64,000 bases of DNA from an uncultured virus (IMG/VR IMGVR_UViG_3300025767_000007) (lineage: Duplodnaviria > Heunggongvirae > Uroviricota > Caudoviricetes): the IMG/VR virus record IMGVR_UViG_3300025767_000007; one strand, 5' to 3'. Every line of letters begins with the position of its first letter. The first letter of the stretch is position 1. The notes under the pieces were generated by a model. It had not been told where the DNA came from, did not search any database, and was given only the letters and a program-made list of their open reading frames with translations. The position numbers and the translations under genes are program-made. This document shows, piece by piece, positions 39,502-48,482 of this stretch.

Positions 39502-39756
39502 ATGCAAATAAAAACGAAATCAATTCTAGAAGAAATTACAACGATTGTTCCTAAAAAGGACAAGCATTTAATGGTAGAAGGTCTTGCAGTACAAGCTCTT
39601 GCTAGAATATCAAACTTGATGAGGGTCATTGAAACTTCATATCCGCCGGATCAAGCACAAGATTTAACCAGACGTTTGCAACTAGCTATTAAAAATGGAG
39701 ATCCTAAGAAGTTCACTCGAGGTGTTAGGATAATTAAAGAAAACGAAAATAAATAA
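39502..39756 (+). CDS. Hypothetical protein
   Basis: Start at 39502 after TAAATA (39488). Confidence 0.65.
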   Translation: MQIKTKSILEEITTIVPKKDKHLMVEGLAVQALARISNLMRVIETSYPPDQAQDLTRRLQLAIKNGDPKKFTRGVRIIKENENK

Positions 39757-39761
39757 ACAAA

Positions 39762-41042
39762 ATGAAGATTAAAGACTTAAATGAAAATGATAACTTTCAG
39801 ATTGACGAAGGCGTATTTGGCGATTTAGCAAAACGAGTAGTTAACAAAACAAAAGATGTTGCTAACGGTGTTGGACTTGCTGTTCGCGGACAAGGAGCCA
39901 ACGAGTTTGCTAAACTTACTAACCTAATTGATCAAAAAGCAGTACAGATGTTTAATACTGCTAGACCAGGCGAAAAAGATGCAACTGGTAAAGACTTACC
40001 TTTAGGTGATATCGTAAAGATGGTTGGTAAAGCAATTATGCAGGCAACTAACAATGCAGTTGGTACAAAACAGTTATTAGTTTATATCAAAGAAAATAAA
40101 AGAGAAATTATTAAGAACGTTAATGTAGCAGATAGAGGCGCCGCTGGAGCAGATCAAATGATTCAGTTAATGTTACAAGGTGGTAGTGCTACAGCACCTG
40201 AAGGCTTTGGTGTTGAAGAATGTGTTAGATCAATTTCATTGATTTTTTCTGTTACATTTTTACATATGCAAATCGAAATGGGACAACCTGGACAAGATCA
40301 ACAGGCAGGCGGACCTACACAAACACCAAGTGAAGCTGAAAAGGCAATGGATGATAACCCAGAGTACCAAACAGAATTAAAAACATTCGAACAATTAACT
40401 ACTAAACTTGCCGGAGAGTTATATACACCTGGTAATGCATTCTTAGCAAACATACAAGCAAATAATGAATTTCCTGCAAAGCAAGAAGCATTTATTGTTG
40501 GATATGCAACAGCCGTTAAAGCAAAATACTTTAATGCAGATTTAAAAGCATTGGAAACTGCCGCAAACTCAACTACACCAGAATCAGTTATTGACGACAA
40601 CCAATGGAGAGCATCTTTCTTTGGACATATTTCTCCGCAAGTAGCTCAGCAAGTACAACAAAATGCAGACGTTACATCAGCAATACAAACTTTTAAAAAT
40701 GATTTAGATTCTATTACTACTTCTTTTGCTAAATTAGCATTTATTGAAAAGACAGTAAACGAAGTAGCAAATGTTGACGCAACAATGAAAAAATTAATTG
40801 ACTGGGTTGAAAAAGCAATTTCGCTTATTAAGACATTACAATTAGGTAAAGCAGGCGGAGGAGCAACAAGTGCCACAACACCACAAGCTGGTAAACCTGA
40901 TGACGAAGAAGTTTCTAGTACTACTCAAGGTGGTCCAATAGACGATCCAAATCTACCTAACTGGGAAAAGGTTAAAATGGGATATGATGCATTAGATGCA
41001 CAAGGGCAAGAAGCATTAGTAAAGGCATTGTTTAACAAATGA
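39762..41042 (+). CDS. Probable head-internal protein
   Basis: MKIKDLNE...IDEG N-terminus; Ala/Gln-rich and helical. Confidence 0.65.
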   Translation: MKIKDLNENDNFQIDEGVFGDLAKRVVNKTKDVANGVGLAVRGQGANEFAKLTNLIDQKAVQMFNTARPGEKDATGKDLPLGDIVKMVGKAIMQATNNAVGTKQLLVYIKENKREIIKNVNVADRGAAGADQMIQLMLQGGSATAPEGFGVEECVRSISLIFSVTFLHMQIEMGQPGQDQQAGGPTQTPSEAEKAMDDNPEYQTELKTFEQLTTKLAGELYTPGNAFLANIQANNEFPAKQEAFIVGYATAVKAKYFNADLKALETAANSTTPESVIDDNQWRASFFGHISPQVAQQVQQNADVTSAIQTFKNDLDSITTSFAKLAFIEKTVNEVANVDATMKKLIDWVEKAISLIKTLQLGKAGGGATSATTPQAGKPDDEEVSSTTQGGPIDDPNLPNWEKVKMGYDALDAQGQEALVKALFNK

Positions 41043-42658
41043 AAATAAAAAATATAAACAAAAGAACAGCATTACTTGAAAGTGTATGTTATGATTTAGA
41101 TAAAGAGCAACGATATATTGTTGAAGGAGTAGTATCAGCCTGGGACGATTTACTTGAGGTTGAGTTAAGACAAGATCAAATCAATAACTTATTTCCTTTA
41201 GTACAAAAGTTATCAGACGAAACAGGTAAAAATAGAACGGCAGTAGGATTAACAAAAGATAAAATTGTAGATACAACAAAAGCCGCTAATGAATATTTAA
41301 ATAAAGTTGGAAAATTATTACAAGATACAAAACCAGTAGAAAATTTTGATAATAAATTTGAAAAATTAAAAACAGATATTAAAACTAAACTAGGTGCAGA
41401 TAGCAAAATTACCACTGGGATAGAAAATTTAGGCAAATATGCTAAAATGAACCCTGGTAAAACAGCATTCGCTATTGGTGTTATGACTGCCTTAGTTGGT
41501 ATTTCAACTGGTGGAAGTGCAATAGCTATTGGTGTTGCCGCTACACTCTTAAAAGGTTCTGTTGAAGTACTCAAAGGAGAGAAATTATCTACCGCTGTTG
41601 GAAAAGGATTAAAGACAGGTGTTATTTCTGGACTTGCCGCAGGTGCATTTAATGCAGTTGGCGATTGGTTGTCAGGTTTACAGGCAGAGGTTGTACCATT
41701 TGAAGGATTAGATCAAATTACTTTTGATGTATCAGGTACAGATGTAATGCCAGGATTTGAATGGAAAGGCTCTATGAGTTTTGAGAATCTAACCGTTCTT
41801 CCTTCTGATGCAGATTTAGCTGGACAGTTAGTAGCAGAGTTTGCTAAAGGAGATGCATCAGCATTTGATGCCTTAGCAGAATTGGCAAAGAAGTCGTTTA
41901 CACCAGAGTATACAGAGCAAATGGCACAATTTGTATCAAATGCAAAAGACATTGCTTTACAAAATGATGCAACTTATCAAGCCATTGTACAAATTCAACA
42001 AGGAATAGCATCAGCCGCCGGCGGTGCAGTAGCAGGTAAGAGTGTAAGTGATGATAGAGGAGAAGATCAACAAGAGTTATTTCAATCGTATACTAATAAT
42101 GGAATTTTATTAACAGAAAGAAGAATTGAAAGATTGTTTGATACTGTAGGGTATTACAATACAAATCCAAATATTGAATTTTTAGGCGAAGGACCAGTTT
42201 GGGATACCATTAAGAAAGATGCTATTGCAAAAGCAAAAGAACTTGCTAAGCCAACTGTAGATAAAGCTAAAACAGTTAGCGGAAATACAATGAATGTTGT
42301 TACAGCAGATAAACTTAAAAAAGCATGGAAGACAGCAGGAAGTCCAACTGACAGTGAAGTGCTTGCAAGGTTCTTAGAAAAAAATAAAGTATCTCCTGAC
42401 GTTATTGCAAGTGCCTATAAAGATTTAAAACTTCCAGATCCAAATGACGATTCGTCACCAGAAGAAAAAGAAGAGAAGGAGTTAGCACTCCGTAAAACTC
42501 CACAGATGAAAGACGGACAATATGAGTTAGATCTTGCTTCATTGCCACCAGCAGTAAGGCAAGCAACAAGCAATTTATGGGACGAGTTTAATAAACTTAC
42601 TCCACAGGAACAAGAAAAGTTTAAAGCAGATCTAAAGAAATCGGAAAACATAACATGA
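41039..42658 (+). CDS. Probable head-internal/ejection protein with hydrophobic hairpin
   Basis: MKIKNI..LLES N-terminus; AFAIGVMTALVGISTGGSAIAIGVAATLL segment. Confidence 0.65.
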   Translation: MKIKNINKRTALLESVCYDLDKEQRYIVEGVVSAWDDLLEVELRQDQINNLFPLVQKLSDETGKNRTAVGLTKDKIVDTTKAANEYLNKVGKLLQDTKPVENFDNKFEKLKTDIKTKLGADSKITTGIENLGKYAKMNPGKTAFAIGVMTALVGISTGGSAIAIGVAATLLKGSVEVLKGEKLSTAVGKGLKTGVISGLAAGAFNAVGDWLSGLQAEVVPFEGLDQITFDVSGTDVMPGFEWKGSMSFENLTVLPSDADLAGQLVAEFAKGDASAFDALAELAKKSFTPEYTEQMAQFVSNAKDIALQNDATYQAIVQIQQGIASAAGGAVAGKSVSDDRGEDQQELFQSYTNNGILLTERRIERLFDTVGYYNTNPNIEFLGEGPVWDTIKKDAIAKAKELAKPTVDKAKTVSGNTMNVVTADKLKKAWKTAGSPTDSEVLARFLEKNKVSPDVIASAYKDLKLPDPNDDSSPEEKEEKELALRKTPQMKDGQYELDLASLPPAVRQATSNLWDEFNKLTPQEQEKFKADLKKSENIT

Positions 42659-43827
42659 AGATAAATGAAGTTATAATACAACATAAAAAAGTAATAACAG
42701 AAGCAAAAGCAAGAATTGATCATCCTGAAGATATTATCTTTGATGACAACGGAACACAAGGTGCAATGAGAGCTCTTGATGCGATGGTACATGCTTCGCA
42801 AAATCACGGAGAGACAACTTCAATCAAATGGGACGGAAGCCCAGCAGTAATTTTTGGATGGATGGATAAAAATTCTTTTATTGTAACAGATAAAGCAGGC
42901 ATGGGTGCAAAGAAATATGACGGAAAGCCTACTAGTGCCGCAGATGTACAGTCTATGATTTTTAACAGAAGGCCAGACGAAGAAGGTAGGCAGTATTATG
43001 CAAATAAGTTTGCAAGCATATATGAACTGTTAAAGAAGGCAACTCCAAAGAGTCTAGTTGGCCAAATGATACAAGGTGATTTACTTTATATGAGTGCTGA
43101 TGATATTGTTCATACAGACGAAGATGTTACATTTGGTCCAGTTAAAGTTAGATATACAATTGACAAAGATAATCCAGTAGGTGCTAGGATTGCCAAAAGC
43201 CAATGTGGTATAGCAGTACATAGTGTTTATGATTCTGTTGAATCTGCTAGTGCCGCAGACGGAGAACCATCACCGGTAACCCCTAAATCTTTAGGATTGA
43301 AGGATAGTCCAAAATTAGTAATATTTGGTCCAGAAACACAGATACCAACAGATACTGAAATTTCATTACCGATGGCAGAAGTAGAATCCTTAAGAAACTT
43401 AATTAAAAGCGGTCCAGCACAACTAATTGATGATATGTTAGATCCGTTTACTATGGGTAGTCTTAAAATAGCAAACTTACCAGAGTTATTTAAAAAGTTT
43501 GTAAACTTTAAAGCCAGAGGCGGAGAAGATATTGGCTCTGCACCTGAATTAGCAAATGAATTTATCAAATGGGTCGAAGGTCCAGCAGGATTAACAGACA
43601 ATAAGAAGAAAAATGTGTTATCGCACCTAGAACAATATAAAGCACCTTTTGAAATGGCTTGGCGTATTGTTTCTGCACTAAGTAATATAAAGCATACAAT
43701 TAAGGATCAGTTAGATACTCATGTAACTGGAATTAGAACAAACAAAGGCCACGAAGGTTTTGTATCTGCTACACCGCATGGTAAGATTAAATTTGTTAAT
43801 CGACCAAACTTTATGAAGAAGGATTAA
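42655..43827 (+). CDS. RNA-ligase-like (covalent nucleotidyltransferase fold) protein
   Basis: KWDG (motif I), IQGDLLY (III-like), HEGFV (IV) and KFVNR (V). Confidence 0.6.
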   Translation: MKINEVIIQHKKVITEAKARIDHPEDIIFDDNGTQGAMRALDAMVHASQNHGETTSIKWDGSPAVIFGWMDKNSFIVTDKAGMGAKKYDGKPTSAADVQSMIFNRRPDEEGRQYYANKFASIYELLKKATPKSLVGQMIQGDLLYMSADDIVHTDEDVTFGPVKVRYTIDKDNPVGARIAKSQCGIAVHSVYDSVESASAADGEPSPVTPKSLGLKDSPKLVIFGPETQIPTDTEISLPMAEVESLRNLIKSGPAQLIDDMLDPFTMGSLKIANLPELFKKFVNFKARGGEDIGSAPELANEFIKWVEGPAGLTDNKKKNVLSHLEQYKAPFEMAWRIVSALSNIKHTIKDQLDTHVTGIRTNKGHEGFVSATPHGKIKFVNRPNFMKKD

Positions 43828-43831
43828 AGAC

Positions 43832-44665
43832 ATGGCTGAAAAGTATACAGCAACTGAATGGGCAACAATGGAAGGTGGGCATACCGTAGAACCTCTTACA
43901 GAAGATTCGTTTTCTTTTATCAAAGAAAATTGTAATGAAAGTAAAATGTTTCGAAACACACATCTTAATTCTTTAACATTAAGAGATGCAGTTGATGCCG
44001 CTTTTTTAAATATGACAACATTGTATATGTTATCATGTGAATTTGAAACTGCTCCGTTTGCTCAAGACTATGCTAGAAAAACCATGATATTTGGAAACTT
44101 TAGTCAAAGTCGTGTTAGTTCAACTGATTTATATCAAGCATTACATATGTCAATTTATAAAGATACTACACAAGGTAACAAACTTAAAGCACCTGAGCAA
44201 AATGCCGCTTTAAGAGTTAGACTTCATATCAACGAAAAGATGATTAAAGACTTTTTAAGAGGTATTGCCTCTGGACGTTTAGATAAAACAACTGCAAAAA
44301 GACTTATGTATAGGCTTGAAAGCCAAATGAATATTACTATTAGTAACTATAAAAGTTTACGCAGGTTAATTACAGATTGGGAGCATCTTACTACCTTTCA
44401 AAAGCAAACCTGTGTAACTAGACTACTACAATATTATAGAACAAGGGGAAGACGTAGTGATATATTTGGAACTCTTTCAACCTTTGCTAATCATAAGTCC
44501 TGGGAATTAAAAGCAAAAGATAATGCAGAAGTTAAAGCAGTAGGACCGGCAAACGCAGTACACGGTACTAGTTCTTCTACAAACTTTATATCAAGTATTG
44601 CAAAGGTAGGCGGTGCTGGAGTAGCAGGTTATGCCGCGGCGAGATTACTTGGCCGACTAAGGTAG
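43832..44665 (+). CDS. Hypothetical protein with Gly/Ala-rich hydrophobic C-terminus
   Basis: 277-aa ORF in the operon, ending KVGGAGVAGYAAARLLGRLR. Confidence 0.7.
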   Translation: MAEKYTATEWATMEGGHTVEPLTEDSFSFIKENCNESKMFRNTHLNSLTLRDAVDAAFLNMTTLYMLSCEFETAPFAQDYARKTMIFGNFSQSRVSSTDLYQALHMSIYKDTTQGNKLKAPEQNAALRVRLHINEKMIKDFLRGIASGRLDKTTAKRLMYRLESQMNITISNYKSLRRLITDWEHLTTFQKQTCVTRLLQYYRTRGRRSDIFGTLSTFANHKSWELKAKDNAEVKAVGPANAVHGTSSSTNFISSIAKVGGAGVAGYAAARLLGRLR

Positions 44666-44669
44666 TAAA

Positions 44670-45095
44670 ATGACAGCAGTTAGTAAAAGATCTTGGAGTA
44701 TTCCTGGCTCTCATTTTGGTGGAGATCCAGAATTCTATTCTTGTTGGACGTTATATGATATAAGCAATGACGAAGGAAAATCATCAGAAAATTTAGAAAA
44801 ACTTATGGGTATTGCAACAGCAAGATCTCAGCCTATTCTTGCTGGAGTAGAAATGATTATTGACCAAGATGTCACAAACGGGCTATTTGGCAGTAAGTTT
44901 ACAGGAAAACATAATGTATGGACTTACAAATGGATTGTCGACAAAGTAGGTATCATGACAGAAGACACACTTAACAAAGAAGCACATGGACTTACTATGC
45001 ATGTAGGGTTACAAGAAACTGCTAAGTTAACTAAGCAGATATATACCAGGGGTGTTAATACAAACATGTTCTTTGTCCGGCATGATTCCTTATAA
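44670..45095 (+). CDS. Hypothetical protein
   Basis: 141-aa ORF in the operon. Confidence 0.65.
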   Translation: MTAVSKRSWSIPGSHFGGDPEFYSCWTLYDISNDEGKSSENLEKLMGIATARSQPILAGVEMIIDQDVTNGLFGSKFTGKHNVWTYKWIVDKVGIMTEDTLNKEAHGLTMHVGLQETAKLTKQIYTRGVNTNMFFVRHDSL

Positions 45096-45230
45096 AGTCA
45101 TAAATACCTAGTAAACAAAAACATAGAATCAAACAACTCATACTGGCTCACATTGGCACTTTACGGACACTAAGCAGACTAACCTGCAAGAGCAACCCAG
45201 TCTATATTGCACTCAGTAAAGATAACAATA

Positions 45231-45527
45231 ATGAATAAAAAAATTAAAGTAGTATCCGGTGAGGCCGAAAATTTACAACTTCATGTTGAGCTATGTGCTG
45301 AACGTTATAATCGTATGGAAGAGAAATTCACTGGTTTAGAAAACAGATTAGATTATCTCCAAAACGACTTCACAGAATTAAAAGAAAAAGCCGATTCAAA
45401 TTTTAATGACCTAAAAGACTTAATCCACCAAACTGCTAATAAGAGATTTAACACCATGGTTACAACTACTGGTACTGTAATTGTTGCCTTAATAGGTATG
45501 CTAGGTTATATAATTATTAATAACTAG
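45231..45527 (+). CDS. Coiled-coil protein with C-terminal TM helix (XhlA/holin-like architecture)
   Basis: HVELCAERY coiled coil followed by TGTVIVALIGMLGYIII. Confidence 0.6.
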   Translation: MNKKIKVVSGEAENLQLHVELCAERYNRMEEKFTGLENRLDYLQNDFTELKEKADSNFNDLKDLIHQTANKRFNTMVTTTGTVIVALIGMLGYIIINN

Positions 45528-45541
45528 TATTGGAGGCTTTA

Positions 45542-45862
45542 ATGGAGATTTTAGTAGAATCAAGAATAGTATGGGCAAGATCCGGTAACAAGGTAAAACG
45601 TAAAATACGTTGTACTACCGGTAAACGTCGTGGCCGTATTGTCAGCACAGTCGGAGCCTGTAATAGAAGAATAGATATTAAAAAGAGGTATATCTTTAAA
45701 CGTGCAAAGCAACGTTTTAAGTCTAGAATGTCTATTAAGCGTCAAAGAACAAAACGTTATAATCCAATTTCGAGAAGAGTCAGACGATTAAACAGGCAAA
45801 AAGGGCATCGTAACCCTATTAGGCCAGGAATTGGACGTAAAACAACGATAAAAAGAAAATAG
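45542..45862 (+). CDS. Highly basic (R/K-rich) probable prohead core/DNA-binding protein
   Basis: GGAGG SD; MEILVES followed by a very basic body. Confidence 0.65.
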   Translation: MEILVESRIVWARSGNKVKRKIRCTTGKRRGRIVSTVGACNRRIDIKKRYIFKRAKQRFKSRMSIKRQRTKRYNPISRRVRRLNRQKGHRNPIRPGIGRKTTIKRK

Positions 45863-45917
45863 TTATATAGTCTTATTTGGCTAAATAAAACAATAAACAG
45901 ATACCAGGAGGTTTAAT

Positions 45918-46568
45918 ATGAAGTTTAACGATATTTCCAATAGTACAAGTCCAGCCCAAGCCGCTCGTGACGCATTATTGAAGCAAAGCATTGAGATTGA
46001 TGAATCAGTTCAAGGATCTCAGCTAAGAGATCACTTAGGGGATCTACAAAAAGAACTTGATACATTATCAAGCAAAGGTGGAGAAGAATACACTCGTGCA
46101 GTTTTACATAAAGCAGTCTATGAAGATTTAGCAAATGTAGATGCGGAGCCTATTTTTGAAGCAGAGCTTGGTGACGAAGATATTGAGCAAGCAGAAATTA
46201 TTATTGCCGCTAACGGTCTTAGTAAAGAGTTCCAAGGCATGATTGAAGATTGTGCTGATATGCTCGGAAGTGACCTTATTACATTAGTTGATCAGATCAA
46301 ATCTAAGTTTGGCGATGGAGCCGGAGAACAATTTGGCACCTCAATTAGAGATTCATTGCAATCCGCAATGGACGTTCTTACTACAACTAAAGACGGCGTT
46401 GACTCTGCTATTAATGGACTTAAAGATCCAATGTCTATACCAGCAACTGATGATGCAGGAATGGATGATATGGCAGATACAGGAATGGATGATGAGGCAG
46501 TTATGCCCGCTATGTCCGGACCAGAAGAAGAGCCAACCGGTAGGGAACTAAAGAGTGAACTTGAGTGA
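45918..46568 (+). CDS. Acidic helical head-associated protein
   Basis: TAAATA at 45882, AGGAGG SD, MKFNDI start. Confidence 0.7.
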   Translation: MKFNDISNSTSPAQAARDALLKQSIEIDESVQGSQLRDHLGDLQKELDTLSSKGGEEYTRAVLHKAVYEDLANVDAEPIFEAELGDEDIEQAEIIIAANGLSKEFQGMIEDCADMLGSDLITLVDQIKSKFGDGAGEQFGTSIRDSLQSAMDVLTTTKDGVDSAINGLKDPMSIPATDDAGMDDMADTGMDDEAVMPAMSGPEEEPTGRELKSELE

Positions 46569-46890
46569 GATAACATCAATTGATGGTGATTTTGCTAGTG
46601 CAATAAAAATGTTCTTGATAAGAGCATCATTAGATGGCAAAGATACCTTACCAATGGAAGAACTTGTCGGAATGTTAACAAAACTTGGGTTTCAAGCCAA
46701 TGGACAAGAAACTGGAATTAGGAATTACATTACTACATTAAAAGGCAAGAATCCTGATTTAGTTTCTGACGTTAATGATACAGATGTAATTTTAACAACA
46801 ATGCCAAGCGATCCTGGTGACGCTGAAGACAATGAAGAAAAAGTTGATGACATGGCATTACAGAACGCAAAGGCAGACTTAGGAATATGA
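46555..46890 (+). CDS. Hypothetical protein
   Basis: GTG start, overlapping the previous gene in the operon. Confidence 0.6.
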   Translation: MNLSEITSIDGDFASAIKMFLIRASLDGKDTLPMEELVGMLTKLGFQANGQETGIRNYITTLKGKNPDLVSDVNDTDVILTTMPSDPGDAEDNEEKVDDMALQNAKADLGI

Positions 46891-47234
46891 GTAGAATATT
46901 TTATACAGCAACAGAAGCAAGATCTCAGGCACTTCAAGACCTGGTAATCTTAAACGAAGTAAGAGATCTAGAAATTGCAGTAATAACAGCAACTGGAACA
47001 GGTGCTGTTGAAACCGAAGTGGTCACCTCAACCACCATGGCCGCTCTTTCCACCGATGCAAATTTTGTTACAGCATCAGAGTATTATGATACTTTACAAG
47101 GTACAAGAGATGATAGACAAAAATCTTTACAAATAACTAAAGTTATAAAGTACTTTGAAGACTTAGGATATACCATAGATCCAATAACTAACCAATCCAC
47201 TAATACTACCTTTAAATGGAAGATTTCCTGGTAA
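46887..47234 (+). CDS. Hypothetical protein
   Basis: ATGA-coupled; YFEDLGYTI...FKWKISW. Confidence 0.7.
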   Translation: MSRIFYTATEARSQALQDLVILNEVRDLEIAVITATGTGAVETEVVTSTTMAALSTDANFVTASEYYDTLQGTRDDRQKSLQITKVIKYFEDLGYTIDPITNQSTNTTFKWKISW

Positions 47235-47242
47235 TTTTCTTC

Positions 47243-47271
47243 TTGACAATGTAGTAAAAATCTGTTATACT
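47243..47271 (+). promoter_or_regulatory. sigma70-type promoter (leaderless exonuclease mRNA)
   Basis: TTGACA-17 nt-TATACT with an extended TG; ATG 6 nt downstream. Confidence 0.8.
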
Positions 47272-47277
47272 TAACAG

Positions 47278-47946
47278 ATGATAAAACATAATCTAATATA
47301 CGACTATAAAAAATTAAATAGAATAGACGGTAAGCAACGTTTATACGAGACACCTGCTGGTGATAAAGTACCAAGTGTTACAACTATCTTATCAAAAACA
47401 GGCGATAATAGTGGTCTTATTGCTTGGCGTAAACGTGTAGGAAATGAAGAAGCAAATAGGATTTCAAAGGAATCAACTGGTTTAGGAACACTAGTACATA
47501 CTCATGTTGAAAACTATCTACTAGGAAAAGATCGCCCGGGTGGTAAAAATCTTGTACATGAGATGGCTACTAAAATGGCAGATAAAATTATTAACGAAGG
47601 CTTACCAAGTGTAACAGAAGTATGGGGTATGGAAGTGCAATTATACTTTCCAGGCTTGTATGCTGGTACAACAGACTTAGTTGGTATGTACGAAGGCGTT
47701 CCTGCAATTATGGATCACAAGACATCTAAAGCATTAAAGAAGCCTGAGTGGATGGAAGACTATTTTATTCAGACCTGTGCATATGCTTTAGCACATAACG
47801 AATTATATGATACAGATATTAAAAAAGGCGTGTTGTTTATGACTACACGGGACGACAAGTACAAGACTTATATAATTGAAGGAAACGACTTTAAGCTCTA
47901 CACAGATAAGTGGCTGGATAGAGTGGAAACTTTTTATAATAGATAA
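47278..47946 (+). CDS. PD-(D/E)xK exonuclease
   Basis: PSVTTIL, GTLVH, E..AGTTD..IMDHKTS and Q.CAYA motifs. Confidence 0.85.
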   Translation: MIKHNLIYDYKKLNRIDGKQRLYETPAGDKVPSVTTILSKTGDNSGLIAWRKRVGNEEANRISKESTGLGTLVHTHVENYLLGKDRPGGKNLVHEMATKMADKIINEGLPSVTEVWGMEVQLYFPGLYAGTTDLVGMYEGVPAIMDHKTSKALKKPEWMEDYFIQTCAYALAHNELYDTDIKKGVLFMTTRDDKYKTYIIEGNDFKLYTDKWLDRVETFYNR

Positions 47947-47970
47947 ATATATCTAATAGGCTGGCTAAAG

Positions 47971-48411
47971 ATGTACGATCAAACTTTTTGGGAGACAGAT
48001 AAACATACTAGAATGTTGCTCTGGAGGGATTGGAGGAGTTCTATAGCAGAACTTCCAACTGATGCTTTATATGATAAAATTGCTTATTGGTGGAAAATGG
48101 TGCCAATGTCAGATAATACTATTGACATATGGGATGATAAATCCTGGCCTACACCATGGGAATTAATTACATTTTCTAGTTTTTGTTATCCTAGTCGAGG
48201 GTTAGGAATATATTATACGTTGTCTCTAATAGGCAGAGAATCAGAGTTAATTCTTGCCCAAAAAGACGGTGAAACAACTCTTCTGGTGAAATTAGAAGAT
48301 AAAAAACTGTTAAATTACTATGAAGGAGAAGTTCTTGACACTTCTCAATATTCATATGAAGAATTAAGAATTTTCAGCTCTGCAGACATGCATAGACTGG
48401 TTAAAGTATAA
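47971..48411 (+). CDS. Hypothetical protein
   Basis: TAAATA at 47944; WPTPWELI motif. Confidence 0.65.
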   Translation: MYDQTFWETDKHTRMLLWRDWRSSIAELPTDALYDKIAYWWKMVPMSDNTIDIWDDKSWPTPWELITFSSFCYPSRGLGIYYTLSLIGRESELILAQKDGETTLLVKLEDKKLLNYYEGEVLDTSQYSYEELRIFSSADMHRLVKV

Positions 48412-48482
48412 CTGTATTGCATACTCGCAGATTAATAAGTATGCAACAAGAAAGAATAGAAATAGTTAAAGGAAATATAAAA

